From positions 9,240-73,239 of the forward strand of contig CAZFYX010000072.1 in assembly GCA_964523885.1 (NCBI GenBank): a stretch of DNA of 64,000 nucleotides, written 5' to 3'. Both the position numbers and the translations under genes were made by a program. Below are positions 25,882 to 37,270 of the stretch, piece by piece (within the stretch, counting starts at the first letter, position 1; each line of letters opens with the position of its first letter). The notes below the pieces were generated by a model. That model had not been told where the DNA came from, did no database searches, and was given only the letters and a program-made list of their open reading frames with translations. The stretch comes from an uncultured Burkholderiales bacterium. Lineage in GTDB: Bacteria > Pseudomonadota > Gammaproteobacteria > Burkholderiales > SHXO01.

Positions 25882-28655
25882 CCGCGCCGGGGTGCGGCCA
25901 TTCGCCGCAGGGTCTGCCGGTCCACCTTGTCGGTGCCGGTCTTCGGCAGCGCGTCGAAGTACTCCACCCGCCGCGGATACTTGTAGGGCGTCAGCGTCGA
26001 CTTGACGTGGTCCTGCAGCACCCGCGTGGTGCTTGCGTCGCGTGGCGTGCCCGCCTTGACCACCACGAACGCCGCCAGCGTCATGAGGCGATTCTCCTCC
26101 TCCACGCCCAGCACTGCGCACTCCTGCACCAGCGGGTGCTCGGCCAGGCAGCGCTCCACCTCCAGCGGATGGATCCACTGGCCGCTGACCTTGATCAGGT
26201 CGTCGGTGCGACCCTCGAAGAAGTAGAAGCCGTCTTCATCCACGCGGAAGCGGTCGCCGGTGTAGATCCAGCCGTCGCGCATCGTCTCCGCGGTCTTGTC
26301 CGGACGGTTCCAGTACAGCGGCGCCTGCGAGTCGCCGCGCACCCACATCACGCCTGACCCGCCGGGACCCACCTCACGGCCGTCGGGATCGGTGAGCTTG
26401 ACCTCGTAGCCGGGCACGCGCGCGCCGCTTGCGCCCAGCTTCTGCTGCGTCAGCCGGTTGGAAAGATAGATGTGCAGGACCTCCGTGGAGCCGAGTCCCT
26501 CCACGATCGACAGGCCGTAGCGCCGCTGCCACTCGCGGTAGAGCTCGCCCGACAGGACCTCTGCGGCGGATAGGCACAGGCGCAGGCTGGACAGGTCACG
26601 CCCTTCCGAGCCGGGATGCGCGACGAGCGCGTTGTAGAGCGTCGGCAGTCCGAAGAGCATCGTCGGGCGGTGCTGCTCGATCACCGAGAACACGGACTCG
26701 GCGTCGGGCCGGCCGGGCCACAGCACGGTGGCCGCGCCGACCGAAAAGGGGAAGGTGAGCGAGTTGCCGAAGCCGTACGCGAAGAAGATCTTGGGCGGCG
26801 AGAACACCACGTCGTCCTCGCGGATCGCGAGGGTCCCGCGGCCGTACGCTGCATGTGTGTACGGCGCATCGTGGTGCAAGTGCACGACGCCCTTCGGCCG
26901 GCCGGTCGAACCCGAGCTGTACATCCAGAAGGCCATCTCGTCACGCTGCGTGATGGCCTCCGGCAGCGACTCGTCCTGCTCGGCGACCCATGTGTTCCAG
27001 TCGTGCGAGCGCACCAGCCCGAGGTCCGGCGGATCGACCGGTGTTCCGGTGTATACGACGTGCCGCAACCGCGAGCCGCGCACCGAGTCGTGCGCGAGCA
27101 GGGGGGCCAGGGTGCCGTCGAACATGGCAGCCTCCGCACCGCTGTCCTGCAGGTAGAAGCCGACCAGTTCCGCGGGTGACAGGGTGTTCACCAGCACGGG
27201 CACGTAGCCCCCGCGCAGGGCACCGAAGATGGCAGCGACGTACTCGGGCGTGTCGTGCATCACCAGCAGCACGCGGCTGCCGCGCGCCAGTCCCATCTGC
27301 GCGAAGCCGTTGCCGGCGCGGCACGCCAGCGCACAGAGCTGCTGGTAGGTGTAGCGGGTGTCGCCGCAGAGGAGGGCGGTTTTCTCTGCACGGCCGGCCG
27401 CCAGGTTGTCGAACAGGATGCGCGAGCAGTTGTAGCGGTCGGGGACGGAGAATCCGATCTCCCGGATCGGTGCGCTGCTGCGATCGAAGGGGTCGGCGAC
27501 CTGGTTGGGATCTCCGCCGGCCGGCGCATGTGACCGCCCTGCGGCGACGCGCGCCATGAACTGCGGTGCCATGGCCGCCAGGCGCTCGTCGTTGATGCGG
27601 CCGCTGCGGGTCATGTAGTCGTAGGCGAGCTGCCAGGGCTCGAGCTGCATCTTGTCGGCCATGCGCTCGTACCAGAACGAGCTGGCGTTGGCGGCCGAGA
27701 CCATCTTGTCGACGATCGGGCGGCGCTCGCGCTCGAATGCGGCGAGCGCACGCTCGACGTCGTCTCCGCACTCGCCGAAGGCACGGTCCAGCGCAATCGC
27801 GTCCTCGAACGCCAGCCGGGTGCCCGAGCCGATCGAGAAGTGCCCGGTTCGCAATGCGTCGCCGATGAGCACGGCGTTGCCGGCCGACCAGCGCGTATTG
27901 CTCAGCAGCGGGAAGTTGCGCCAGATCGAGCGGTTGGAAACCAGCGGATGGCCGCCCAGGTCCGCGGCGAACACGCGCTGGCAGTATTCCCGCGAGGCTT
28001 CGTCGGACATCCGGTCCAGGCCCGCACGGTACCAGGTAGCCGCGTCGCACTCGACCAGGAAGGTGCTCATCGTCGGGCTGTAACGATAGTGGTGCGCAAC
28101 CCAGACCCCGTGCTCGTTGCTGCGGAAGGTGAGGGTGAGGCAGTCGAACACCTGGCTCGTGCCGTACCACGCGAACTTGTTGGTCAGCCAGTCGATGCGC
28201 GGCTGGAACCGGGTCTCCAGGCTCCTGCGGACGATCGAGTGAACCCCGTCGGCGCCGACCAGCAGGTCGGCGGGCGGCAGGTCCGAGAGCGAGTCGATGC
28301 GCTGCTCGTGCCCGATCCTGACGCCCGCGTCGCGGCACAGCGATTCGAGGAAGCGGTTCAGCTCGAGCCGCGCCACGGCCGAGAAGCCGTTGCCGTCGAT
28401 ATCGACCCGCTGGTCACGATGGACGATGCGCTGGATCGGCCAGCGCTCCATGCGCGGAAGCAGTTGCCCGTAGAGGTCGGGGGCGTCGCGCTCGAGGAAG
28501 GCCAGCGCCCCTTCCGAAAACACCACGCCAAACCCCGCTGTCACGCCGGCCGGATTCTGCTCGATCACGTCCACCGACCACGCGGGATTGCGACGGCGGA
28601 TGAGGAGTGCGAAGAGCAGGCCGGCCGGGCCCGCGCCGATGATGACGGTGCGCAT
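25878..28655 (-). CDS. Fusion protein: N-terminal FAD-dependent (aroyl-CoA-type) monooxygenase plus C-terminal benzoate/4-hydroxybenzoate-CoA-ligase-type adenylating enzyme
   Basis: 925 aa. The N-terminus has MRTVIIGAGPAGL (FAD fold), GFGVVFSE and GADGVHS. The C-half has the AMP-binding motifs YSSGSTGRPKGV and YTGD, plus a benzoate-CoA-ligase-like IFFAYGFGNS. Confidence 0.85.
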   Translation of the reverse strand: MRTVIIGAGPAGLLFALLIRRRNPAWSVDVIEQNPAGVTAGFGVVFSEGALAFLERDAPDLYGQLLPRMERWPIQRIVHRDQRVDIDGNGFSAVARLELNRFLESLCRDAGVRIGHEQRIDSLSDLPPADLLVGADGVHSIVRRSLETRFQPRIDWLTNKFAWYGTSQVFDCLTLTFRSNEHGVWVAHHYRYSPTMSTFLVECDAATWYRAGLDRMSDEASREYCQRVFAADLGGHPLVSNRSIWRNFPLLSNTRWSAGNAVLIGDALRTGHFSIGSGTRLAFEDAIALDRAFGECGDDVERALAAFERERRPIVDKMVSAANASSFWYERMADKMQLEPWQLAYDYMTRSGRINDERLAAMAPQFMARVAAGRSHAPAGGDPNQVADPFDRSSAPIREIGFSVPDRYNCSRILFDNLAAGRAEKTALLCGDTRYTYQQLCALACRAGNGFAQMGLARGSRVLLVMHDTPEYVAAIFGALRGGYVPVLVNTLSPAELVGFYLQDSGAEAAMFDGTLAPLLAHDSVRGSRLRHVVYTGTPVDPPDLGLVRSHDWNTWVAEQDESLPEAITQRDEMAFWMYSSGSTGRPKGVVHLHHDAPYTHAAYGRGTLAIREDDVVFSPPKIFFAYGFGNSLTFPFSVGAATVLWPGRPDAESVFSVIEQHRPTMLFGLPTLYNALVAHPGSEGRDLSSLRLCLSAAEVLSGELYREWQRRYGLSIVEGLGSTEVLHIYLSNRLTQQKLGASGARVPGYEVKLTDPDGREVGPGGSGVMWVRGDSQAPLYWNRPDKTAETMRDGWIYTGDRFRVDEDGFYFFEGRTDDLIKVSGQWIHPLEVERCLAEHPLVQECAVLGVEEENRLMTLAAFVVVKAGTPRDASTTRVLQDHVKSTLTPYKYPRRVEYFDALPKTGTDKVDRQTLRRMAAPRRG

Positions 28656-28684
28656 GGGAAGAACCGAAGCGTGCGATTGCCGGA

Positions 28685-28713
28685 CGCTACCACATCGGTG
28701 CAGGCTGGTAGCG
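28685..28713. promoter_or_regulatory. Candidate operator: 8-bp inverted repeat CGCTACCA-N13-TGGTAGCG in a divergent promoter region
   Basis: Read directly in the 110-bp gap between the divergent genes 25878..28655 (-) and 28766..30052 (+). Confidence 0.3.
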
Positions 28714-28765
28714 CTGCGGCGCGGGAGCCCTTGCCGGCAAGCGAAACTTTGCGCATATTGTCCGC

Positions 28766-30052
28766 ATGCAGCTACCCTCCAATCATCCTCACCGCATCGA
28801 GCTCAACGACGAGGTCCACGCCCGGCCGCCGGAGGCGCTGGTCGCGCCGCTGCGGCTGTCGTTCCTGGCGGTGTGGTGCGACCCCGCCCTGCGCGAGCAG
28901 GAGTACGGCCACGTCTGCAACCTGGTCGGCCGCTTCGGCGGCACCTGCCCGCCGCCCGGCGCCAATCACCTGAGCATCGACCTCGGACCGTTCCGGATGA
29001 AATGGGAGCGGCACACCGAGTTCAGCCGCTACAAGTTCATCGTGCCGGGTGCGGATGAAGACCCGTTCGCGCAGCCGGCCATCGATGCCGTCCCGGCCGA
29101 CTGGGTGTCGTCGCTGCGCGGGCAGCTCATGGTCGCCGCGCATTGTGCGCTCGTGCGGGGCGGCAGCGACCCGGTGGATCACGAGTCGCTCTCGTCGCGG
29201 TTGTTCGCTGGCAACACCCTGATCGGCGGCACCATCGCCGGCGGGGCCGCGGTGGCGCTGACCGACTTCCGCGTCCGCGAGGACGGCTTCAGCCGCTTCT
29301 ACGTGGTCGATCGCGGCATGACCGCGCGCCAGGCCGGGCGCATGGTGCAGCGGCTGATGGAGATGGACAGCTACCGCATGATGGCGCTGCTGGCGCTGCC
29401 GGTGGCGCGCCAGCTCGGCCCGTTCCTCAACGAGAGCGAACGCGAGCTCGCCCGGATCACCGACGCGCTGTCGAGGGCCACGGAGAAGGACGAGAGCCTG
29501 CTGCTCGACCGCCTGACCCTGCTCGAGGCGCAGATCGAGAGCCGCGAGTCGCAGCACGCCTATCGCTTCTCGGCGGCCGCGGCCTATTACGACCTGGTGC
29601 AGCGTCGCATCGCGGAACTGCGCGAGGAGCGCATCCAGGGCCTGCAGACCTTCCAGGAGTTCACCGAGCGCCGCCTTGCGCCCGCGATGGGCACCTGCCA
29701 GACCGTCTCCGCGCGCCAGCGCGCGCTGTCCGAGCGCGTCGCCCGCGTGACCCAGCTGCTGTCCACGCGCGTGGACATCACCCGGGAGCGGCAGAACCAG
29801 GCGGTGCTGGAGTCGATGAACCGGCGCGCCAAGCTGCAGCTGCGGCTGCAGGAGACCGTCGAAGGCCTTTCCGTCGCGGCGGTCACCTACTACATCGTCG
29901 GCCTGGTGGGATATCTGGCCAAGGGGTTGAAGGCGGGCGGGGTGCACCTGGACCCCGAGATCACCATGGCCGTCAGCATCCCTGTCGTCGCGATCATCGC
30001 CGCGCTGGGCGTGCGCAAGATTCGCCGTGCCGTGACCCGCAACGCGGCCTGA
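28766..30052 (+). CDS. DUF3422-family membrane-anchored protein
   Basis: 428 aa. HPHRIELNDEVHARPPEAL and KWERHTEFSRYKF are typical DUF3422 motifs. Two TM segments at the C-terminus. Confidence 0.7.
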   Translation: MQLPSNHPHRIELNDEVHARPPEALVAPLRLSFLAVWCDPALREQEYGHVCNLVGRFGGTCPPPGANHLSIDLGPFRMKWERHTEFSRYKFIVPGADEDPFAQPAIDAVPADWVSSLRGQLMVAAHCALVRGGSDPVDHESLSSRLFAGNTLIGGTIAGGAAVALTDFRVREDGFSRFYVVDRGMTARQAGRMVQRLMEMDSYRMMALLALPVARQLGPFLNESERELARITDALSRATEKDESLLLDRLTLLEAQIESRESQHAYRFSAAAAYYDLVQRRIAELREERIQGLQTFQEFTERRLAPAMGTCQTVSARQRALSERVARVTQLLSTRVDITRERQNQAVLESMNRRAKLQLRLQETVEGLSVAAVTYYIVGLVGYLAKGLKAGGVHLDPEITMAVSIPVVAIIAALGVRKIRRAVTRNAA

Positions 30053-30055
30053 GCC

Positions 30056-30991
30056 TCACTTCGCGCTGCCGATCGGCTGCGCGGCCCAGCGCTTCACGAA
30101 CTCGCCCCCCTCCTGCAGCACGAAGGCCTTGAACGCCAGTGCCGCCGGTGCCAGGCGCTTCTCGCTGCGATGGACCAGGAACCACTGCCGCATGACCGGC
30201 AGTCCCTCCACCCGCAGCACCGAGAGCTGGTGCGTGGCGAGCTCCAGGCCGATGGTGTGCGAAGACAGGAAGGCCAGGCCCATCCCGGCCATGACGGCCT
30301 GCTTGATGGTCTCGTTGCTGCTCATCTCCATCCCGACCCGCGGCTGCAGCCGGTGACCGCCGAAGAAGCGCTCCATCGACGAGCGCGTGCCTGAGCCGGA
30401 CTCGCGCACCAGGAACGTCTGATCGGCGAGTGCGGAGAGCGGGATGCTTCGCCGCTTCGCGAGCGGATGGCCGGGGGCGGCCACGATGACCAGGGGGTGA
30501 GGTGCGAACGCCGCCGCGGCGCAGTCGAGCGCCGCGGGCGGGGTTCCCATGATGGCCAGGTCCACCTCGTTGCGGTCGAGCTGGCCCACCACCGCTTCGC
30601 GGTTGTTCACCGACAGCCGGATCTCCACCCCGGGGTGACGATCGGCGAACTGCGCCAGCAGCTTCGGTGCGAAGTACTTCGCGGTGCTCACCACGGCGAT
30701 GGTGACCCGGCCCCCGCGCAGACCTTTCAGTGCCGCGAAGGTTTCCTCGGCTTCGTGCAGCGCCGCCAGTACCTGCCGGGCGCAGTGCTGCATCTCCTCG
30801 CCGGCCTGGGTCAGTCGGATGCTGCGCCCGCTGCGCTCGAACAGCGGCAGCCCGGCGCTGTCCTCGAGCTGGCGGATCTGCATGGACACGGCGGGCTGCG
30901 TCAGGTGCAGGGCACGCGAGGTCTCGGAGAAGCTCAGGCGCTCGGCCGCGGTGGCGAAGATCTGCAGCTGGCGGACGGTGACGGCGCGCAT
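30056..30991 (-). CDS. cbbR: LysR-family transcriptional regulator CbbR
   Basis: The ORF runs 30056..31000. The HTH region is LQIFATAAERLSFSETSRALHLTQPAVSMQIRQLE. It is divergent from cbbL. Start 30991 (MRAVTVRQL) is preferred because the ATG at 31000 lies inside the dyad ATAAG-N6-CTTAT. Confidence 0.85.
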   Translation of the reverse strand: MRAVTVRQLQIFATAAERLSFSETSRALHLTQPAVSMQIRQLEDSAGLPLFERSGRSIRLTQAGEEMQHCARQVLAALHEAEETFAALKGLRGGRVTIAVVSTAKYFAPKLLAQFADRHPGVEIRLSVNNREAVVGQLDRNEVDLAIMGTPPAALDCAAAAFAPHPLVIVAAPGHPLAKRRSIPLSALADQTFLVRESGSGTRSSMERFFGGHRLQPRVGMEMSSNETIKQAVMAGMGLAFLSSHTIGLELATHQLSVLRVEGLPVMRQWFLVHRSEKRLAPAALAFKAFVLQEGGEFVKRWAAQPIGSAK

Positions 30992-32593
<1,602 letters not shown>

Positions 32594-32763
32594 GGCGATG
32601 GAGCAGACGCCAAGGAGGAAGCGATCGTGCTGAACGCGGGCCTGCAGGCGAGATCCCCCGACTCCCCTTTCCTCGGGCCCTCGCGCGGTGCGACCGCTTC
32701 CTCCTTGGTGTCTGCTGCATCACCGACTTGCACTCGACTCGAACACTGAACCGGAGCAGACCC

Positions 32764-33180
32764 ATGCGCATCACCCAAGGCACCTTCTCGTTCCTGCCGG
32801 ACCTGACCGACGACCAGATCCGCGCGCAGATCCAGTACGCGCTCGACAAGGGCTGGGCCCTGTCGGTGGAGTACACCGACGATCCGCATCCGCGCAACAC
32901 CTACTGGGAGATGTGGGGCAACCCGATGTTCGACATCCGCGATGCCGCGGGCGTCATGACCGAGGTCACGGCCTGCCGCAAGGCCTACCCGAACCACTAC
33001 GTCAAGGTGAACGCGTTCGACTCGACCCGCGGCTGGGAGACGGTGCGCCTGTCCTTCATCGTCAACCGCCCGGCGAACGAGCCCGGCTTCGTGCTCGACC
33101 GCCAGGAGATCGACGGCCGCAAGCAGCGCTACAGCATCCGCGGCTACGCGACGCAGCGTCCGTCCGGCGAGCGCTACTGA
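32764..33180 (+). CDS. cbbS: RuBisCO small subunit, red-type
   Basis: Start [19 protein letters not shown] at ATG 32764, within ORF 32728..33180. The long C-terminal extension is typical of red-type small subunits. Confidence 0.95.
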   Translation: MRITQGTFSFLPDLTDDQIRAQIQYALDKGWALSVEYTDDPHPRNTYWEMWGNPMFDIRDAAGVMTEVTACRKAYPNHYVKVNAFDSTRGWETVRLSFIVNRPANEPGFVLDRQEIDGRKQRYSIRGYATQRPSGERY

Positions 33181-33212
33181 GCACGGCAACGATCCACACC
33201 GAGGGAGGGGGC

Positions 33213-33917
33213 ATGGCAACGATCCACCGCATCGCACCGAGCATCCTGTCGGCAGACTTCACCCGCCTGGGTGATGAGGTGACCCGGGTCGTGCGCGCTG
33301 GCGCCGACATGATCCATTTCGACGTGATGGACAACCATTACGTCCCCAACCTGACCTTCGGGCCGATGGTCTGCCAGGCCATCCGCCCGATCACCGCCGT
33401 GCCGATCGACGTGCACCTGATGGTCAAGCCGGTCGAGCGCATGGTGACCGAGTTCGCTCGTGCCGGTGCCGACATCATCACCTTCCATCCGGAGGCAACC
33501 GAGCATATCCACCGCACCTGCGCGATGGTGCGCGAGCTCGGCTGCAAGGTCGGCCTGGCGTTCAACCCGGCCACACCGCTGCACTACCTCGAGCACTTGA
33601 TGGACGACGTCGACCTGGTGCTGATCATGTCGGTGAACCCCGGCTTCGGCGGGCAGAAGTTCATTCCGGGCAGCCTCACCAAGATCCGCTCGGCGCGCAA
33701 GCGCATCGACGCCTCGGGCCGCGACGTGCGGCTCGAAGTCGACGGCGGCATCAATGTCGACAACATCGCCGCGGTGGCGGCGGCGGGGGCGGATACGTTC
33801 GTCGCCGGTGCGGCGATCTTCGGCTCGGGCAACTACGACGCGACCATCGGCGCCATGCGCGCGCAGCTGGCGGGCAGAACGCAGTCGGCCCCGGCAGGCC
33901 AGCTGGCGCAGGTGTGA
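33213..33917 (+). CDS. rpe: Ribulose-phosphate 3-epimerase
   Basis: Real part of ORF 32688..33917, starting at ATG 33213 behind the SD GAGGGAGGGGG. Contains [26 protein letters not shown] and [12 protein letters not shown]. Confidence 0.95.
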   Translation: MATIHRIAPSILSADFTRLGDEVTRVVRAGADMIHFDVMDNHYVPNLTFGPMVCQAIRPITAVPIDVHLMVKPVERMVTEFARAGADIITFHPEATEHIHRTCAMVRELGCKVGLAFNPATPLHYLEHLMDDVDLVLIMSVNPGFGGQKFIPGSLTKIRSARKRIDASGRDVRLEVDGGINVDNIAAVAAAGADTFVAGAAIFGSGNYDATIGAMRAQLAGRTQSAPAGQLAQV

Positions 33918-33918
33918 C

Positions 33919-34824
33919 ATGCAGCCTGCCCCCAACCCGGTTCCCGTCGAGCCCGCACAGTCTGCCCAGACTGCGGACCTGGCCGCCATCCTGTCCCAGT
34001 CCCAGGCGCTCGAGGTCCTCGAGGCGCTCGACCGCGAGCTGATCGGCCTGCTGCCGGTGAAGACGCGCGTGCGGGAGATCGCCGCGCTGCTGGTGGTGGA
34101 GCGCGCCCGCGCGCAGCTGGGCCTGTCCACCGGTGCCCCGCCGCTGCACATGTCCTTCACCGGCAATCCTGGCACGGGCAAGACCACGGTGGCCATGCGC
34201 ATGGCGCAGATCCTTCACCGGCTCGGCTATGTGCGCAAGGGACACCTGGTGGCCGTCACGCGCGACGACCTGGTGGGGCAATACGTCGGCCACACCGCGC
34301 CGAAGACGCGCGAGATCCTGAAGAAGGCCATGGGCGGGGTGCTCTTCATCGACGAGGCGTACTACCTCTACCGGCCGGAGAACGAGCGCGACTACGGGCA
34401 GGAGGCGATCGAGATCCTGCTGCAGGTGATGGAGAACCAGCGCGACGACCTGGTGGTGATCGTGGCCGGCTACAAGGACCGGATGGACACGTTCTTCCGC
34501 AGCAATCCGGGGCTGAACTCGCGCATCGCCCACCACATCGACTTCCCGGACTACACGCCGGACGAGCTGCTGTCGATCGCCGACCTCATGCTCGATGGCA
34601 TGCAGTACCAGCTCAGCCCGGCGGCGCGGCAGGCCCTGGTCGAGTACATCGGGCTGCGGCGTGCGCAGCCGCATTTCGCCAACGCGCGCTCGATCCGCAA
34701 TGCGCTGGACCGGGCCAGGCTGCGGCAGGCGAGCCGGCTGTTCGCCGGCACGGTCAGCGTGGGGCGTGCCGAACTCATGACAATCGAAGAGCCCGATATA
34801 CGCGCAAGCCGGGTGTTCGGGTAA
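33919..34824 (+). CDS. cbbX: CbbX, red-type RuBisCO activase (AAA+)
   Basis: Real part of ORF 33754..34824, starting at ATG 33919. Contains [22 protein letters not shown], Walker [10 protein letters not shown] and Walker B VLFIDEAY. Confidence 0.93.
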   Translation: MQPAPNPVPVEPAQSAQTADLAAILSQSQALEVLEALDRELIGLLPVKTRVREIAALLVVERARAQLGLSTGAPPLHMSFTGNPGTGKTTVAMRMAQILHRLGYVRKGHLVAVTRDDLVGQYVGHTAPKTREILKKAMGGVLFIDEAYYLYRPENERDYGQEAIEILLQVMENQRDDLVVIVAGYKDRMDTFFRSNPGLNSRIAHHIDFPDYTPDELLSIADLMLDGMQYQLSPAARQALVEYIGLRRAQPHFANARSIRNALDRARLRQASRLFAGTVSVGRAELMTIEEPDIRASRVFG

Positions 34825-34889
34825 GCTGACGTCAATCGAACGAGACAGTGACGAAGCCCCACGCAGACGGGGGCCGTGCGGAGGAGACC

Positions 34890-35978
34890 ATGCACAACGG
34901 CAGGACCACACTCAACAAGTTCATCATCGAGGAGCAGCGCCGCCATCCCGGTGCGACCGGCAACTTCAGCGCGCTGCTCAACGATGTGGTCACCGCGTGC
35001 AAGGTGATCGCGCAGACGGTGGGCAAGGGCTCGCTCGCCGGCAAGCTGGGCCAGGCCGCCGGCACCAACGTCCAGGGCGAGACGCAGAAGGCGCTGGACG
35101 TGCTCGCCAACGAGATCATGCTGCGCTACTGCGAGTGGGACGGCCAGCTCGCCGGCATGGTATCCGAGGAGCTCGACGACATCTATCGCATCCCGCCGCA
35201 GTACCCGCGCGGGCGCTATCTGCTGCTGTTCGACCCGCTCGACGGCTCGTCCAACATCGACGTCAACATCTCGGTCGGTTCGATCTTCTCGATCCTGCGC
35301 GCCCCCGAGGGCAACGTCGAGCCGGCGGTGAAGGACTTCCTGCAGCCGGGCACCGAGCAGGTCTGCGCCGGCTACACGATCTACGGTCCCTGCACGATGC
35401 TGGTGCTGACCTTCGGGCGCGGCGTGAACGGCTTCACCCTCGATCGCGACTCGGGCGAGTTCATCCTGACCCATCCCGACCTCACCATCGCACCGCGCAC
35501 CGGGGAGTTCGCCATCAACGCTTCCAACGAGCGCTTCTGGGAGCCCCCGGTCAAGCGCTACGTGACCGAGTGCCTCGCCGGCAAGTCCGGTCCCCGCGGC
35601 ACCGACTTCAACATGCGCTGGATCGCCTCGCTGGTGGCCGAGGTGCATCGCATCCTGATGCGCGGCGGCCTGTTCATGTATCCGAAGGACACCAAGGATC
35701 CGTCCAAGCCGGGCCGGCTGCGCCTGATGTACGAGGCCAACCCCATGGCGTGGATCGTGGAGCAGGCCGGCGGCGCGGCCAGCACCGGGCGCGGGCGTCT
35801 CCTGGAGGTGCGTCCCGAGTCCATCCACCAGCGCGTGCCGGTCATCCTGGGCTCGCGCGCGGAGGTCGAGCGCATCGCCCTGTACCACCAGGAGTACGAG
35901 GAGGGGATCGACCAGCCGTTCAGCTCGCCCCTGTTCAACAACCGATCGCTGTTCATGCACGCGGCCCAGAACGCGTAG
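34890..35978 (+). CDS. cbbF: Class 1 fructose-1,6-/sedoheptulose-1,7-bisphosphatase
   Basis: Start at ATG 34890 behind the SD GGAGGAG. Contains [28 protein letters not shown] and the FBPase core. Confidence 0.93.
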   Translation: MHNGRTTLNKFIIEEQRRHPGATGNFSALLNDVVTACKVIAQTVGKGSLAGKLGQAAGTNVQGETQKALDVLANEIMLRYCEWDGQLAGMVSEELDDIYRIPPQYPRGRYLLLFDPLDGSSNIDVNISVGSIFSILRAPEGNVEPAVKDFLQPGTEQVCAGYTIYGPCTMLVLTFGRGVNGFTLDRDSGEFILTHPDLTIAPRTGEFAINASNERFWEPPVKRYVTECLAGKSGPRGTDFNMRWIASLVAEVHRILMRGGLFMYPKDTKDPSKPGRLRLMYEANPMAWIVEQAGGAASTGRGRLLEVRPESIHQRVPVILGSRAEVERIALYHQEYEEGIDQPFSSPLFNNRSLFMHAAQNA

Positions 35979-36002
35979 CACCGCCCAGAAGAAAGGACGG
36001 CC

Positions 36003-36896
36003 ATGTCCGCCAAGCATCCGATCATCTCCATCACCGGCTCCTCGGGGGCCGGCACCACCTCGGTGACCCGCACGTTCCAGTGGATCTTCACGCGCGAGAA
36101 GATCAACGCCGCGATCGTCGAGGGCGACGCCTTCCACCGCTACGACCGCAAGGAGATGAAGGCCAAGATGGCCGAGGCGGTCGCCCAGGGCAACGAGCAC
36201 TACAGCCACTTCGGCCCGTACTCGAACCTGTTCGAGGAGCTGGAAAGCCTGTTCCGCACCTACGGCGAGACCGGCCGGGGCAAGACGCGCAAGTACCTGC
36301 ACGACCCGGCCGAAGCGGCACCCTTCAAGCAGGAGCCGGGCACGTTCACGCCCTGGACCGACGTGCAGGCCGGCACCGATCTGCTGTTCTACGAGGGCTT
36401 GCACGGCGCGGTCGTGACCGAGTCCGTGGACGTCGCGCGGCATGCCGACCTGCTGGTGGGCGTGGTGCCGATCATCAACCTCGAGTGGATCCAGAAGCTG
36501 CACCGGGACAAGGCGACGCGCGGATACTCCACCGAGGCGGTGGTGGACACGATCCTGCGCCGCATGCCCGACTACGTGAACTACATCTGCCCGCAATTCT
36601 CGCGCACGCACGTGAACTTCCAGCGCGTGCCGACGGTGGATACCTCCAATCCCTTCATCGCGCGCTACATTCCCGCGGCGGACGAGAGCTTCGTGGTGAT
36701 CCGCTTCGCCAACCCGAAGGGGATCGACTTCCCCTACCTGCTCAACATGATCAAGGACTCGTTCATGTCGCGTCCCAACATCATCGTGGTGCCGGGCGGG
36801 AAGATGGAGCTCGCCATGCAGCTGATCTTCACTCCGCTGATCCTCCAGCTGATGGACCGCAAGCGCAAGGCGAGCCGGGAGCTGGCATCGGCCTGA
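36003..36896 (+). CDS. cbbP: Phosphoribulokinase
   Basis: 297 aa. The P-loop is ISITGSSGAGTTSV. EGDAFHRYDR and EGLHG are typical of PRK. Confidence 0.95.
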   Translation: MSAKHPIISITGSSGAGTTSVTRTFQWIFTREKINAAIVEGDAFHRYDRKEMKAKMAEAVAQGNEHYSHFGPYSNLFEELESLFRTYGETGRGKTRKYLHDPAEAAPFKQEPGTFTPWTDVQAGTDLLFYEGLHGAVVTESVDVARHADLLVGVVPIINLEWIQKLHRDKATRGYSTEAVVDTILRRMPDYVNYICPQFSRTHVNFQRVPTVDTSNPFIARYIPAADESFVVIRFANPKGIDFPYLLNMIKDSFMSRPNIIVVPGGKMELAMQLIFTPLILQLMDRKRKASRELASA

Positions 36897-36967
36897 GGCA
36901 GATTTCCATCTGGCGCCACCGGCCACCGTGTTGATGCGTCGGATTTCCGCCGCTTTCGGATGAGCGT

Positions 36968-37118
36968 TCCCTCCCCTTCAAGGGGAGGGCAGGGTGGGCA
37001 GCAGATCAAGAGGTCCCTCCCCTTCAAGGGGAGGGTAGGGTGGGGATGGGTTTCCGGTGCATACCGCCAACTTCACGACCCCCATCCCCCTCCCGACCTC
37101 CCCCTTGAAGGGGGAGGA
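36968..37118. repeat. Three copies of a second REP-like subfamily (TCCCTCCCCTTCAAGGGGAGGG-YAGGGTGGG)
   Basis: Copies at 36968-36999 (+), 37014-37050 (+) and 37079-37118 (-), read directly. ORFs 36960..37142 and 36978..37367 translate the repeats. Confidence 0.8.
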
Positions 37119-37270
37119 GCGTCTCGGCGGTGCGCCGCCTGACTCGCCAGTTCGCGTGTCGCACGGGCGCCAGCGGTGGCGGCTCGCTGCCCATCCATCA
37201 GAACCCCTATGGAAACGGCTACAATTCGTAGAGGGTGCGGACGCGCACCCGCTTTCCAGTGCCCGGTTCC

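Noticed and set aside
34551-36926. 791-aa ORF (-) and 645-aa ORF 34997..36934 (+)
   Set aside because: They overlap cbbX, cbbF and cbbP in wrong frames. They have no motifs and an Arg/Gly/Pro-rich composition.
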